Positions 17,734 to 27,183 of a stretch of 64,000 nucleotides of DNA are shown one piece after another. Source of the DNA: a virus; IMG/VR virus record IMGVR_UViG_3300008259_000009; one strand, given 5' to 3'. Below the pieces are notes generated by a model that was not told where the DNA came from, searched no databases, and worked only from the letters and a program-made list of their open reading frames with translations. Both the position numbers and the translations under genes were made by a program. Numbering within the stretch: position 1 is the stretch's first letter; each line of letters opens with the position of its first letter.

Positions 17734-19779
17734 ATGATAGAATCTGCAGAGAATAGCGGTAAAGGAAATAAGAAAGGTGATTCATCCACACCTGTATTGG
17801 ATAACTTTAGTCGTGATTTAATTAAGTTAGCCGAAGAAGGTAAATTAGACCCTGTTATTGGTAGGGACCAAGAAATAACGAGGATAGCACAAATCTTATC
17901 AAGACGTAAGAAAAATAACCCAATCATTATTGGTGAACCAGGTTGTGGTAAAACCGCAATTGTTGAGGGTCTCGCAATTAAAATTTATAATGGTGAATGT
18001 CCGAGAAATTTAATGGATAAAAAGATTGTTTCTTTGGATATGACATCAATTGTGGCAGGAACAAAATACCGTGGTCAATTTGAGGAAAGGATGAAGGTAA
18101 TCCTTGAGGAACTTCAGGCTAACCCTAACATCATAGTCTTTATTGATGAAATTCACACAATGGTTGGTGCGGGCAATTCATCGGGTTCTATGGACGCTTC
18201 CAACATATTTAAACCAGCACTTGCAAGAGGAGAAATTCAATGCGTAGGTGCAACCACTTTGGATGAATACCGTAAGAACTTTGAAAAGGATGGAGCTTTA
18301 GAGAGAAGGTTTCAAAAAGTAATTGTTGACCCAGCATCCAAAGAAGAAACTTTACAAATTCTTCTAAATGCAAAAGATAAATATGAAGCTTATCATAAAG
18401 TTACTTATAATGATGAAGTATTAACTTTATGTGTTGATTTAGCCGAGCGTTATATCACGGATAGAGAGTTTCCTGACAAAGCATTTGATATCATTGATGA
18501 AGTTGGTGCTCGTAGTCAAGTGGAAGTTAAAATGCCACCAATTATTGACGAACTAAAAGCCGAAGCACAAGAAATTAAATTACAAAAATTAGATGTAGTT
18601 AAACGTCAAGACTATGAGGAAGCGGCTAACCTTAGAGATAAAGAAAAACGAGTTCTAAATAAATTAGAACAAGAAAAGAAAAAATTTGAGGAAGAGTTAG
18701 GTATACATAAAAAAGAAGTGTCTCTTGAGTTAGTTTATGATGTAGTATCTAATATGACAAAAATTCCAATTTCTAAATTAAACTCTGACGAAGCAAAATC
18801 ATTAAGTAACTTGGAGAATAGTTTAAATGATAGTGTTATTGGTCAACCTGATGCAATTAAAAAGATTGCGAAATCTATTAGAAGAAATAGAATTGGTATT
18901 AAGGACCCAAATAAACCAATCGGTTCATTTATCTTCTTAGGTTCAACGGGAGTCGGTAAAACATATTTGGCGAAACAATTGGCTAAACAAATCTTCGGAA
19001 ATGAGGATGCTTTAATTAGAATTGATATGTCCGAATTCCAAGAGAAACATACAATCTCAAGATTGATTGGTGCTCCTCCAGGATATGTTGGTTATGATGA
19101 AGGTGGTCAATTAACAGAACAAGTTAAAAACAAACCATATTCAGTTATTTTATTTGATGAGATTGAAAAAGCGAATAAAGATGTATTCTCAACTTTATTA
19201 CAAGTATTGGATGATGGTCACATCACTGACGGTCTTGGTAGAAAGATTAACTTCAAAAACTGTGTTATCATTATGACATCTAACTTAGGAGTTAAAAAAT
19301 TACAAGATTTTGGTGGTGGAATCGGGTTTGGAACTCAAGCGAAAACTTATGTTCAAGAAGAACATAAAAGAGATATGTTAAAGAAAGAACTACAAAAATT
19401 CTTCGCACCTGAATTCTTAAACCGTATTGATGAGGTTATTATATTCAATCAATTAGTTAAAGAGGATGTTAAGAAAATTGTTAAACTTGAAATTAACGTT
19501 TTATCAAAACGACTTTCAAAAATGAAATATAACTTTACGTTTGATGATACCGTTACAGAACTAATATCCGAAGTTGGATTTGATGAACTATATGGTGCAA
19601 GACCTCTTAAACGAGCGATTCAAGATAAAATTGAGGATTATATATCTGAAGAAATTTTAAACGGAAATGTTTTAGAAGATGTTGATTACACTATGACTGT
19701 AGTTGATAAAGAAATTAAAATTAATGTTCTTATTGATAATAAACCGAAAAAGGGTAGAAAGAAAAAAGGGGTTGAATAA
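17734..19779 (+). CDS. clpC: ClpC-type AAA+ ATPase lacking the N-domain
   Basis: Two Walker A motifs (GEPGCGKT, GSTGVGKT), UVR-like middle coil (DYEEAANLRD), GIGF ClpP-docking loop. Confidence 0.9.
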   Translation: MIESAENSGKGNKKGDSSTPVLDNFSRDLIKLAEEGKLDPVIGRDQEITRIAQILSRRKKNNPIIIGEPGCGKTAIVEGLAIKIYNGECPRNLMDKKIVSLDMTSIVAGTKYRGQFEERMKVILEELQANPNIIVFIDEIHTMVGAGNSSGSMDASNIFKPALARGEIQCVGATTLDEYRKNFEKDGALERRFQKVIVDPASKEETLQILLNAKDKYEAYHKVTYNDEVLTLCVDLAERYITDREFPDKAFDIIDEVGARSQVEVKMPPIIDELKAEAQEIKLQKLDVVKRQDYEEAANLRDKEKRVLNKLEQEKKKFEEELGIHKKEVSLELVYDVVSNMTKIPISKLNSDEAKSLSNLENSLNDSVIGQPDAIKKIAKSIRRNRIGIKDPNKPIGSFIFLGSTGVGKTYLAKQLAKQIFGNEDALIRIDMSEFQEKHTISRLIGAPPGYVGYDEGGQLTEQVKNKPYSVILFDEIEKANKDVFSTLLQVLDDGHITDGLGRKINFKNCVIIMTSNLGVKKLQDFGGGIGFGTQAKTYVQEEHKRDMLKKELQKFFAPEFLNRIDEVIIFNQLVKEDVKKIVKLEINVLSKRLSKMKYNFTFDDTVTELISEVGFDELYGARPLKRAIQDKIEDYISEEILNGNVLEDVDYTMTVVDKEIKINVLIDNKPKKGRKKKGVE

Positions 19780-19789
19780 CCCCTTTTTT
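19762..19789. terminator. Bidirectional terminator
   Basis: AAAAAAGGGGTT-gaat-AACCCCTTTTTT between convergent genes. Confidence 0.85.
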
Positions 19790-20601
19790 TATAAATAATA
19801 TTTTGATTTCTCTTTGAATTTGTATTTGGAATATCCCAATTTTTCAATCATCTTTTTTCCAGTTTCAATTCCTGAATACACATCTTCAACAACCACATAT
19901 TCGTTAGGTGTATGATATCTATAATAACCGATTGAAAAGTTAATACAAGAAAAATCAAATGATTCTTTAAGCGCGTATACATCAGTGTATGGGTGTGATT
20001 GGAACTGATGTCTACCATCAAATGTTTCAGTTAACACTTCGTTACACATTTCTTTAAATTCACCTTTATCATCAAACATTCTAACCCCCATAGAGTACTC
20101 AGTGACCATGTGATTACCAGGCGCGTCAAACTGAATCGCATATCCGACATTATCAAAAAAGTTGGGGTCGGCATTACGAGAACCATGACAACCTGTTTCT
20201 TCAGACACAAAGAAAGCAACCTTAAGGTTTGGCAATTCTTTTAACAATTCCAAACAAGCATAAACACCACACTTGTCATCCCCACCAATACCTGTTGGAT
20301 TACCCTTATCGTTATAAGCCTTTAATGCTGGTTTTAACACACCTTGTTCATTAGGTAACGACTCTTCTCTAACATTGATTGTGTCTATGTTATGAACAGT
20401 GTCAGTATGAGCAACAACACAAGGAAAAAACTCAACATCATCAGTTTGTTTGGTAACATAGATGTTCCCCATATCGTCAAGGTAATGTTTGTACCCATTT
20501 CTGGTTAAATACTTAACCAAAAATTCCACCATTAAACCTTCTTTGTAAGTTTTTGTCGGAACTGACAAAACATCTTTCAATAATTGATAATCTCTTTCCA
20601 T
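19789..20601 (-). CDS. M20/M28-family zinc peptidase
   Basis: AHTDTVH, GGDDKCG, SEETGCHGS, QFDAP, YHTPNE. Confidence 0.8.
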   Translation of the reverse strand: MERDYQLLKDVLSVPTKTYKEGLMVEFLVKYLTRNGYKHYLDDMGNIYVTKQTDDVEFFPCVVAHTDTVHNIDTINVREESLPNEQGVLKPALKAYNDKGNPTGIGGDDKCGVYACLELLKELPNLKVAFFVSEETGCHGSRNADPNFFDNVGYAIQFDAPGNHMVTEYSMGVRMFDDKGEFKEMCNEVLTETFDGRHQFQSHPYTDVYALKESFDFSCINFSIGYYRYHTPNEYVVVEDVYSGIETGKKMIEKLGYSKYKFKEKSKYYL

Positions 20602-20618
20602 ACGACAAATGTATGAAA

Positions 20619-21713
20619 TTATTTAATTAGAAAAAATTTTTTTTGACGTTTTGATTCAAATAATTTATAATTCTCAATAAAAGTCGGGAAGTCATCAAAT
20701 TTAATTAATCTCTTTTCCCTATACGCATCGTCATCATTCTTATGTATTGTAATCTCAATACCCTTGGCATAGTTAACATTATTAATTGTGAATGCGTAAC
20801 CTTTCATTGTTGGTATCGGATACCACATCTTACCATTATGATTCACACCCTTTAATTTTTGGATATACTTAATAATTCTTTCATATTGTTCTCGGTCAAA
20901 ATCTTCATCTTCCATCCCTTCCTCAATCTTCTCAAGAATCTTTTCTAATTGACGATGAATTTCTATGTTTAATGATTCATCATCAAAATTACGACAACCC
21001 ATACCATATATTTCTTCATGATAACCACCAATACTACTACCAATCTCTTTTTTTAACAATATTTTAAAAAGACCCAAAACGCTATTGTGAGGAGAAACAT
21101 TATATTCATTATACAGCCTATATAAATTACCAACGGTGGTATAGTAGTTCTTCATAAAAAACTTCTCAATTATGTTGTAAGGTAATAGTTTGTTGGATAG
21201 TTCACCCATAATGTATTCCTTTAAACTCTCAAGTCCACATTGATTGTATAAATCCTGATATTCAGTTGTAATCCAATCAATTTCTCTTTCAAATTCTTTT
21301 TTTGATAGGAATTGAATTATAGATTCATTATCGGTAATATCAATTAGAGTTGGGGAATACTTTAAAATCTCTTTTAAAAGTTCTATGCTTTCATTATCAA
21401 AATATCTAAGTATATACCCACCTTCCCAATCCTCTGAGGCCGAATCCCAACTCATAAATTCATAATCAGGACCATAATAACCACCAAATAAATTTAATAT
21501 GATGTTTTTATCATCCTCAGCATAATAAAGAGAATCCTTAATCATATGAATAAAATCACCCACATCTAATGTGATATTTGCCAAAGATTTTGCGGGACTG
21601 TTTTTATTAAATCTAACTCTTAAATTATCTGATACATAACCCCTACCAGGGTCATTACCCTCCATAATAGATTTTATCTCAGCGTAATCATCAGAATATT
21701 CATTTTCATCCAT
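20619..21713 (-). CDS. Hypothetical protein
   Basis: 364-aa ORF with TATTTAT upstream. Confidence 0.75.
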   Translation of the reverse strand: MDENEYSDDYAEIKSIMEGNDPGRGYVSDNLRVRFNKNSPAKSLANITLDVGDFIHMIKDSLYYAEDDKNIILNLFGGYYGPDYEFMSWDSASEDWEGGYILRYFDNESIELLKEILKYSPTLIDITDNESIIQFLSKKEFEREIDWITTEYQDLYNQCGLESLKEYIMGELSNKLLPYNIIEKFFMKNYYTTVGNLYRLYNEYNVSPHNSVLGLFKILLKKEIGSSIGGYHEEIYGMGCRNFDDESLNIEIHRQLEKILEKIEEGMEDEDFDREQYERIIKYIQKLKGVNHNGKMWYPIPTMKGYAFTINNVNYAKGIEITIHKNDDDAYREKRLIKFDDFPTFIENYKLFESKRQKKFFLIK

Positions 21714-21788
21714 AATAATAAATATAAAGGTGTTTCTTTATTAGATAAATATTTATATATTTGTAGAACAAATCGTTATTTGACATAT

Positions 21789-22048
21789 GGGGGTGTTTTT
21801 TGGTTTTGACAGGTATCGGCTGAAGAATAAGGGCACGTGGGGACTGAGTTAATCTCCTTAAAAACTGATTCAGAAAAACAACTGGCAATGTGCTAAACAA
21901 AATGGAAGCTATCGGATTAATCCGTACTTCTGTTTTTGGTCAAATAAAAATCAAATATTTTGGGGTATTAGAAAATACCAACCTAAACGTGTAGTCCTTA
22001 TCTGACAGGATGTTATGGACAAGGGTTCGACTCCCTTCACCTCCACCA
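21789..22048 (+). ncRNA. ssrA: tmRNA, compact 260 nt
   Basis: 5' GGGGGTG...TTTTGAC; 3' AAGGG-TTCGACT-CCCTT-CACCTCC-A-CCA; G3-U70 Ala identity; AACT-GGC resume context. Confidence 0.92.
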
Positions 22049-22053
22049 ACTAT

Positions 22054-22085
22054 AAACCCCACCTTTTTAGGATGGGGTTTTTTAT
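22054..22085 (+). terminator. Terminator after tmRNA
   Basis: AAACCCCA...TGGGGTTT followed by T tract. Confidence 0.75.
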
Positions 22086-22138
22086 TTTTTAAGATATTTA
22101 TCAGTATAAACCTAATAAAAAATTAAAAAAAAATTAAA

Positions 22139-22915
22139 ATGGCGGAAGATAGTTTTAGACCATCAAGAGTGATTTTAGCAGAAATTAAAATAAATAATGC
22201 TGAAGTCACCAGATTAAATGCTTTAATTAGAAAATACACAAAACTTAAAGCGGAATTAAGTAAAGAGAGAGAATCATTAAAGGAATTGATTAACCAACTT
22301 GAAAAAATAATTAAAGAGACTGGTGGTACCAGAGAACAAATCCTTTTATTAAGAAATTATAGAAATAGGGAACAAGAATTACCCGAACTTCAAAAAGATA
22401 ATGAGGAAAACTTATCACGAACTCAACAAGAATATGAGGTGGCAATTCGTTTACAACAATCTTTAGATAAAGAGCTACAAGAAACTCTTGCTTACGAAGC
22501 CGAACTTAAGATAAGATTACAAATAACCATTGTTGAACCTAAAAGTGCGACAAATACTTCATTGTTACCTATTAACGGTTTAAATATACCTGCGGGAACT
22601 CCTATTGAAATATTGAGTTATGAAGGTGATAATTATATTAAAGTAGGGTCAATTCCTGAACCTCTTGACAAAATAGAATTTAGAGATATTGATTACTCTA
22701 AAATTTTAATAGGTTCTGGAGGTAAGGTGATTCATGCTGGATTTGGGGAAGGGTTGCCTTCGGAATTTTTCACTTATCACACAATGACGTATAATTATGA
22801 TGTTGCAGTGTCTACTGACATACCATTTATTTTATTTGATGATTCATATTATCATTCAGATGGTTCTGTTTGGGCATTAGTGTCTAATGGGTTGAGACCT
22901 TTTCCAATAAGATAA
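22139..22915 (+). CDS. Hypothetical protein with N-terminal coiled coil
   Basis: 258-aa ORF, + strand TATTTAT at 22095. Confidence 0.7.
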   Translation: MAEDSFRPSRVILAEIKINNAEVTRLNALIRKYTKLKAELSKERESLKELINQLEKIIKETGGTREQILLLRNYRNREQELPELQKDNEENLSRTQQEYEVAIRLQQSLDKELQETLAYEAELKIRLQITIVEPKSATNTSLLPINGLNIPAGTPIEILSYEGDNYIKVGSIPEPLDKIEFRDIDYSKILIGSGGKVIHAGFGEGLPSEFFTYHTMTYNYDVAVSTDIPFILFDDSYYHSDGSVWALVSNGLRPFPIR

Positions 22916-22940
22916 TAAACAAATAAAAAAATAAAAAAAT

Positions 22941-23010
22941 AAAACCCATCCTAACAGGTGGGTTTTTTTATGTGATATAAACAAAAAAAGGGAAAGTTTC
23001 CTTTCCCTTG
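22941..23010. terminator. Two back-to-back terminator hairpins
   Basis: AAAACCCA...TGGGTTTT and AAAGGGAAAG-tttc-CTTTCCCTT. Confidence 0.7.
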
Positions 23011-23018
23011 TAATGTCG

Positions 23019-23091
23019 TAGCAACGCCTCGGAATCGCACCAAGTTTATCTGGCTTATGAGACCAGTGAGATTCTATACCTCCCGCCTGCT
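23019..23091 (-). pseudogene. Degenerate tRNA-Met(CAU)-like element
   Basis: Anticodon arm CTGGT-CTCATAA-GCCAG intact; T-loop TGCGATT; two acceptor-stem mismatches. Confidence 0.6.
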
Positions 23092-23099
23092 ATATGTAA

Positions 23100-23820
23100 A
23101 AAGAACGCTGAGATTACACGTTTTATTGAGAACCTTTAGAGTCATTATTGCTTCTACTCCTATCCACTTCCTTTTGAGAAGTATTTCTCAGTGACGGTTA
23201 TTTAGGTGAACCACTCCTTGAGGTCTAATCTACTCTCCTATTACTCAACTCTCTTTGAGGATGCCTCCCCAACTAGTCCTTGCGGGATTAGAGGTCTTTG
23301 GTAAAAATACACTCAGCCTTGGGAGCTTTGTGTGCCGTGAACAGCTCACGACTAGGTAGTCACCTTTAAACTAGACCTGACGGACACTTTTCCTTACTGA
23401 TTAAATTAGTTTCATAATTTTTTCATAGGTTTTGTGTCGTGGATTGTGAAAGTAGTGGTCCGCCCACGAGCCAACTCATCTTTTGAACGAGCCGATACTC
23501 AACTACTCTCTGAAATGTCCCCATCTCCATATTTTAAGATTACTTCGTGATTAACTCCTTGGTAGAAGTTTATCAAGGTTAGTAACGACACCACTCGTAC
23601 ACTAACATACCTTTCGGTTTTAAGTACCCTCTGATATTGGGAAACGCAATAATAGAATCGGATAATCCTATGTTTTGCAATATCCCTACGAGTTATTCCT
23701 ATTGGTGTTCCCACCTCAATCAGACGACCCACATCGCCCAATCATCTAACCACTTTCCCTACACTGCCATTTACTCGGTGGATAATATCACCGACACTTT
23801 TGTGTTTCCTGAATGGATAT
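23100..23820 (-). ncRNA. Large ornate ncRNA, GOLLD-like (~720 nt)
   Basis: No credible ORF; more GC-rich than flanks; many hairpins; long-range helix 23434-23439/23792-23797; promoter and boxA-like motif upstream; tRNA-like element and terminator downstream. Confidence 0.65.
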
Positions 23821-23864
23821 ACTAATTTTTCAAAGAACGTTTCGGACTTTTCCGATTTGTTTTA

Positions 23865-23895
23865 CAAACTTACGACATTCATTTCTGTTTGTCAA
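23865..23895 (-). promoter_or_regulatory. Bacteroidota sigma-A type promoter
   Basis: TTG-N20-TAAGTTTG. Confidence 0.75.
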
Positions 23896-23915
23896 GTAGT
23901 TTGTGAACTTTTTTT

Positions 23916-24068
23916 TTATTTTTCTGTGTAGACTTGATAAGTTCCGTACTTGTTAGCCTGTGACTGAGCGAATACTACGTTTGGAGTCCAAAGTAGCATC
24001 CCCTTGTCGTTACGGTAACCGTACAATACTTCTTCGTCATTTTCTACGTCAACATTTTTATCTGACAT
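23916..24068 (-). CDS. Small hypothetical protein (50 aa)
   Basis: Manually translated MSDKNVDVENDEEVLYGYRNDKGMLLWTPNVVFAQSQANKYGTYQVYTEK. Confidence 0.6.
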   Translation of the reverse strand: MSDKNVDVENDEEVLYGYRNDKGMLLWTPNVVFAQSQANKYGTYQVYTEK

Positions 24069-24117
24069 CTGAAAAAGATTTAAGGGTTAATAAATAAAGA
24101 ACTGTCTGTTTGTTTTA

Positions 24118-24148
24118 CAAATGTATGAAATAAATATTGGTAGGACAA
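24118..24148 (-). promoter_or_regulatory. Bacteroidota sigma-A type promoter
   Basis: TTG-N20-TACATTTG. Confidence 0.75.
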
Positions 24149-24165
24149 GCGAAAAGACAAAAAAC

Positions 24166-25323
24166 TTACAATAATTTTTTAATTCTATTGATTTCTTCTG
24201 TTATTTGGTCTTCTTCATCATCCTTTTTTCCAATTTTAGTAGCTCTTTTCGCCAAATCAAATGGTGATGAAACCGCTGAAGTAAATAAATTACTTATCGC
24301 TTTAGCCGCTCTATCACTTGGATTATCTGATTTATCAACAGTGGTAGTGGTTACCTCTTTGGTTTTTTTAGGGTAGAATTTACTTAATAACTGTGGTTTA
24401 TCATTTTCATTTAAAATTTTAAATGTGATATCACTAATACCTGAATAACCAATTCTTTCTCCTTGAGTTAAACTTTGACCTTTAGACACAACAATTTTTT
24501 CTAAACCACTAATTTCTGAAAAATAAAACTTTGCATTAACTGTATGTCTTATAACTACGGTATCGTTATCGTCTGATACAACAACCCCTTTATTAGGTGA
24601 TACTACTTTTACACCATACAATCCTTTAAAAATAATTTTTTTATCTTTTTCCGATTTTATTTTAGATTCAATTGGTAATATAAAATCATTTGTTGTTATT
24701 GACTCACTAATTTGTGGTACCATTTTTTTAATTGAATCCATATCAATGGCATTAATTTTGCTCACTAATGAATTTATTTCTGTTGAGTAGTTACCACTAC
24801 TTGAGCTAGTATCATCTGTTGGTGTTGTAGTTGTGGATGTATCCCCACTTGGGATAACTGTGTCATCAACAGTTATATTTGCCCCCATATTCTTCGCACT
24901 TTGTTTATGTTCCCAATGCCAAGGTTCGGTTCTTGGGTTAGAAAATGGATTTGAGAATCCAAATTTAGCTGCGTTCTTAGTTAACCAAGTATGGGCTTTA
25001 TCACCATATTTAACTTTTAAATCAACCGCACTACCCCATCCGTGATTTGATTTACCAGGGTACGCTACGGGTGTTCCTGAAGTACCTTTTTTTCTTTTTT
25101 TACCTGTCTTTTTATAATAATCCCAATCAAAAATTCTATTTTGAGTTTCATAATTCCTATATGAGTCAGTAATACCCCAAGTTATTCCATCATTTTTTGC
25201 CGCTTGGACCATTTTTTCATATGCGGCGGCGGCTTCAGCATTCATTTTATGCCCACTACCTGTAGATATTGGTGTTAAACCTGTTAACTTACCATTACTC
25301 ACTTCATTAATTGTATTTTTCAT
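24166..25323 (-). CDS. M15B (VanY-like) peptidase fused to a degenerate M23-like domain; candidate endolysin
   Basis: DSYRNYETQ, PGKSNHGWGSAVD, TEPWHWEH; C-terminal M23-like pattern lacks zinc ligands. Confidence 0.75.
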   Translation of the reverse strand: MKNTINEVSNGKLTGLTPISTGSGHKMNAEAAAAYEKMVQAAKNDGITWGITDSYRNYETQNRIFDWDYYKKTGKKRKKGTSGTPVAYPGKSNHGWGSAVDLKVKYGDKAHTWLTKNAAKFGFSNPFSNPRTEPWHWEHKQSAKNMGANITVDDTVIPSGDTSTTTTPTDDTSSSSGNYSTEINSLVSKINAIDMDSIKKMVPQISESITTNDFILPIESKIKSEKDKKIIFKGLYGVKVVSPNKGVVVSDDNDTVVIRHTVNAKFYFSEISGLEKIVVSKGQSLTQGERIGYSGISDITFKILNENDKPQLLSKFYPKKTKEVTTTTVDKSDNPSDRAAKAISNLFTSAVSSPFDLAKRATKIGKKDDEEDQITEEINRIKKLL

Positions 25324-25325
25324 AA

Positions 25326-25931
25326 TTAATATGACATTAAAACACCACCTAATAATGATGCGTGTCTCTCCAATTCATTTATTGATTTTTGACTTAAATT
25401 CATTTTTTCTTTAGTGTAATCCAACCCTAAAGTTGCAATAAATTTATCATCAATTGTTTTTATAGCAAATAAATATCCTGATTTACAATCAGTACTTTCC
25501 GCAACATATTTTAACCCATAAGTTGCGACCGTAATGTCTTTATAATCAGGGATAATAATTTTATCATTTTCTAACAATTCATTAATTGACTTACTAAATA
25601 AATTAACAGGGATATTTCTAAAATTTGATTGAATTGATGATACATTCGCTTGAACTGTTTCATATATCACACTAAACTTGGCAATAGATTTACCTGTTGG
25701 GTAAAAATTACCTCCATTATGAAATTGAGTAATCCAAACTCTATCGGCTTTATACGTTTCTTTAATTGTTTCTAAATGGTCATCAACTAATTCACTTACC
25801 TTTAACGTATCTCTAATGATATCAGGTTTACCCTTTCTAGAGTTTAACCAGTTTTTTAAAATAATAACAGAAATAGGTCCTAAAACCCCCGTTATAAATG
25901 CGACTATAATACCAACGTAATTATTCAACAT
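25326..25931 (-). CDS. N-terminal TM plus GAF-like domain; candidate holin
   Basis: Start at MLNNYVG; single hydrophobic helix followed by soluble domain; adjacent to peptidase. Confidence 0.5.
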   Translation of the reverse strand: MLNNYVGIIVAFITGVLGPISVIILKNWLNSRKGKPDIIRDTLKVSELVDDHLETIKETYKADRVWITQFHNGGNFYPTGKSIAKFSVIYETVQANVSSIQSNFRNIPVNLFSKSINELLENDKIIIPDYKDITVATYGLKYVAESTDCKSGYLFAIKTIDDKFIATLGLDYTKEKMNLSQKSINELERHASLLGGVLMSY

Positions 25932-26310
25932 CTGACATTTTATTTTCTTCGTATTCTTCAGATAAATCATTCAACATTCTCTCTGCAATACGACAAATTA
26001 TAGGTCTACCCTCATCATCTTTTTTATCATACATATTATCACTTACTTGAGGTCCATAACCATAAACAATTTTTCTATTAGTTTCTTCATCATTATAATA
26101 TATAACGATAAACTCAAAACCACTTTTAAAATTACTTTCTCCTGATATAGTGGCAATACCCGCATGTAAGTCACCGATTGGTTCTACACAATCTATATCA
26201 TCAATATCCTCAAAATCACTTTGTCCAAGTTCATTTAACTCAGATTCCTTAATGATTTTTTTTATTGTATTTATAAGTTGAGATTCAGTCAACCTTATAA
26301 CTCTTTTCAT
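25921..26310 (-). CDS. Hypothetical protein with shared N-terminal LTES motif
   Basis: MKRVIRLTESQLINTIKKIIKE. Confidence 0.75.
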   Translation of the reverse strand: MKRVIRLTESQLINTIKKIIKESELNELGQSDFEDIDDIDCVEPIGDLHAGIATISGESNFKSGFEFIVIYYNDEETNRKIVYGYGPQVSDNMYDKKDDEGRPIICRIAERMLNDLSEEYEENKMSDVE

Positions 26311-26343
26311 AAAATTTTTTATTTTATAAATATCTTTAGTAAC

Positions 26344-26370
26344 AAAAAAAGGTCCTTTCGGACCTCTTTT
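26344..26370. terminator. Intrinsic terminator
   Basis: AAAAGGTCC-tttc-GGACCTCTTTT. Confidence 0.7.
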
Positions 26371-27178
26371 ATTTCTCGTGTTTAATTTTTACTTCCCACC
26401 CAATACAATTTTTACTTTCAGTCGTCATAGACTGAGGGTTTTTCTTTGGGGGGAGTATTATTCCTTTATTAATATTTCGTCTCATTTTCGCAACTGATAA
26501 TTTATTTTCATTACAAAATTTAATAAACTCACCTTTTATTATTTTTTCTTCATTATCGGGACTTATAAAAGTAAAGGTTTTTGACGTAAAGTTATTTTCC
26601 CCAATAAATTTACCGATTTTTTTTTGACGAATCAAATCAATAGTTTCTTTTGTATGTTTTTTACCATAAAAACCATTTTTTTCACCCATCCTATTTTTGG
26701 ACATTTGATTTTTATGAAAATCATTTAATTTGCGACCAATAGATTTTTCCCTAATTTTATTTTTAGTTTCTTCTGTATGGGTTTTACCAAACATTCCGTT
26801 TTTATCTCCTTTAGTTGAGTTTGACATATTAATTCTATATTCCTCAGTTGGTGCCCACCCTGATTGTCCTTCTCCACCATCACTTAAATTAAGTAAACTC
26901 CCGTGACCTAAATCAAACCTCCCATATTTTTTAATTAATTCTTTCTCCAACTCAAAAGATTGAGTCTCGGTTAAACCTGTTTTAATTAAATTTATTATTG
27001 GTCTTAGACCTTCTTTAAGAAGTTTTTTTATTTTATTAGTTTTATGTGGATTGGTGACATCATTTAAGTTTTTCAAATGATAAAAACGCCTATCTCCCTG
27101 TCCTTTACCAATATAAAAAGGGATTTTTGTTGTTGGGTCAACATATTCATAAACATAATATTTTTTCTCATCATTCAT
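26369..27178 (-). CDS. GIY-YIG-like homing endonuclease with NUMOD3 repeats
   Basis: YYVYEY...FYIGKG...R; NLSDGGEG; repeated GKTHTEETKNKIREK / GKKHTKETIDLIRQK. Confidence 0.85.
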   Translation of the reverse strand: MNDEKKYYVYEYVDPTTKIPFYIGKGQGDRRFYHLKNLNDVTNPHKTNKIKKLLKEGLRPIINLIKTGLTETQSFELEKELIKKYGRFDLGHGSLLNLSDGGEGQSGWAPTEEYRINMSNSTKGDKNGMFGKTHTEETKNKIREKSIGRKLNDFHKNQMSKNRMGEKNGFYGKKHTKETIDLIRQKKIGKFIGENNFTSKTFTFISPDNEEKIIKGEFIKFCNENKLSVAKMRRNINKGIILPPKKNPQSMTTESKNCIGWEVKIKHEK

Positions 27179-27183
27179 AACTA

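Noticed and set aside
21706-21900. 64-aa minus-strand ORF
   Set aside because: It is antisense to the tmRNA 5' half.
23499-23825. ORFs 23499-23741 (-) and 23637-23825 (+)
   Set aside because: They lie inside the large structured RNA, lack start context and have atypical composition.
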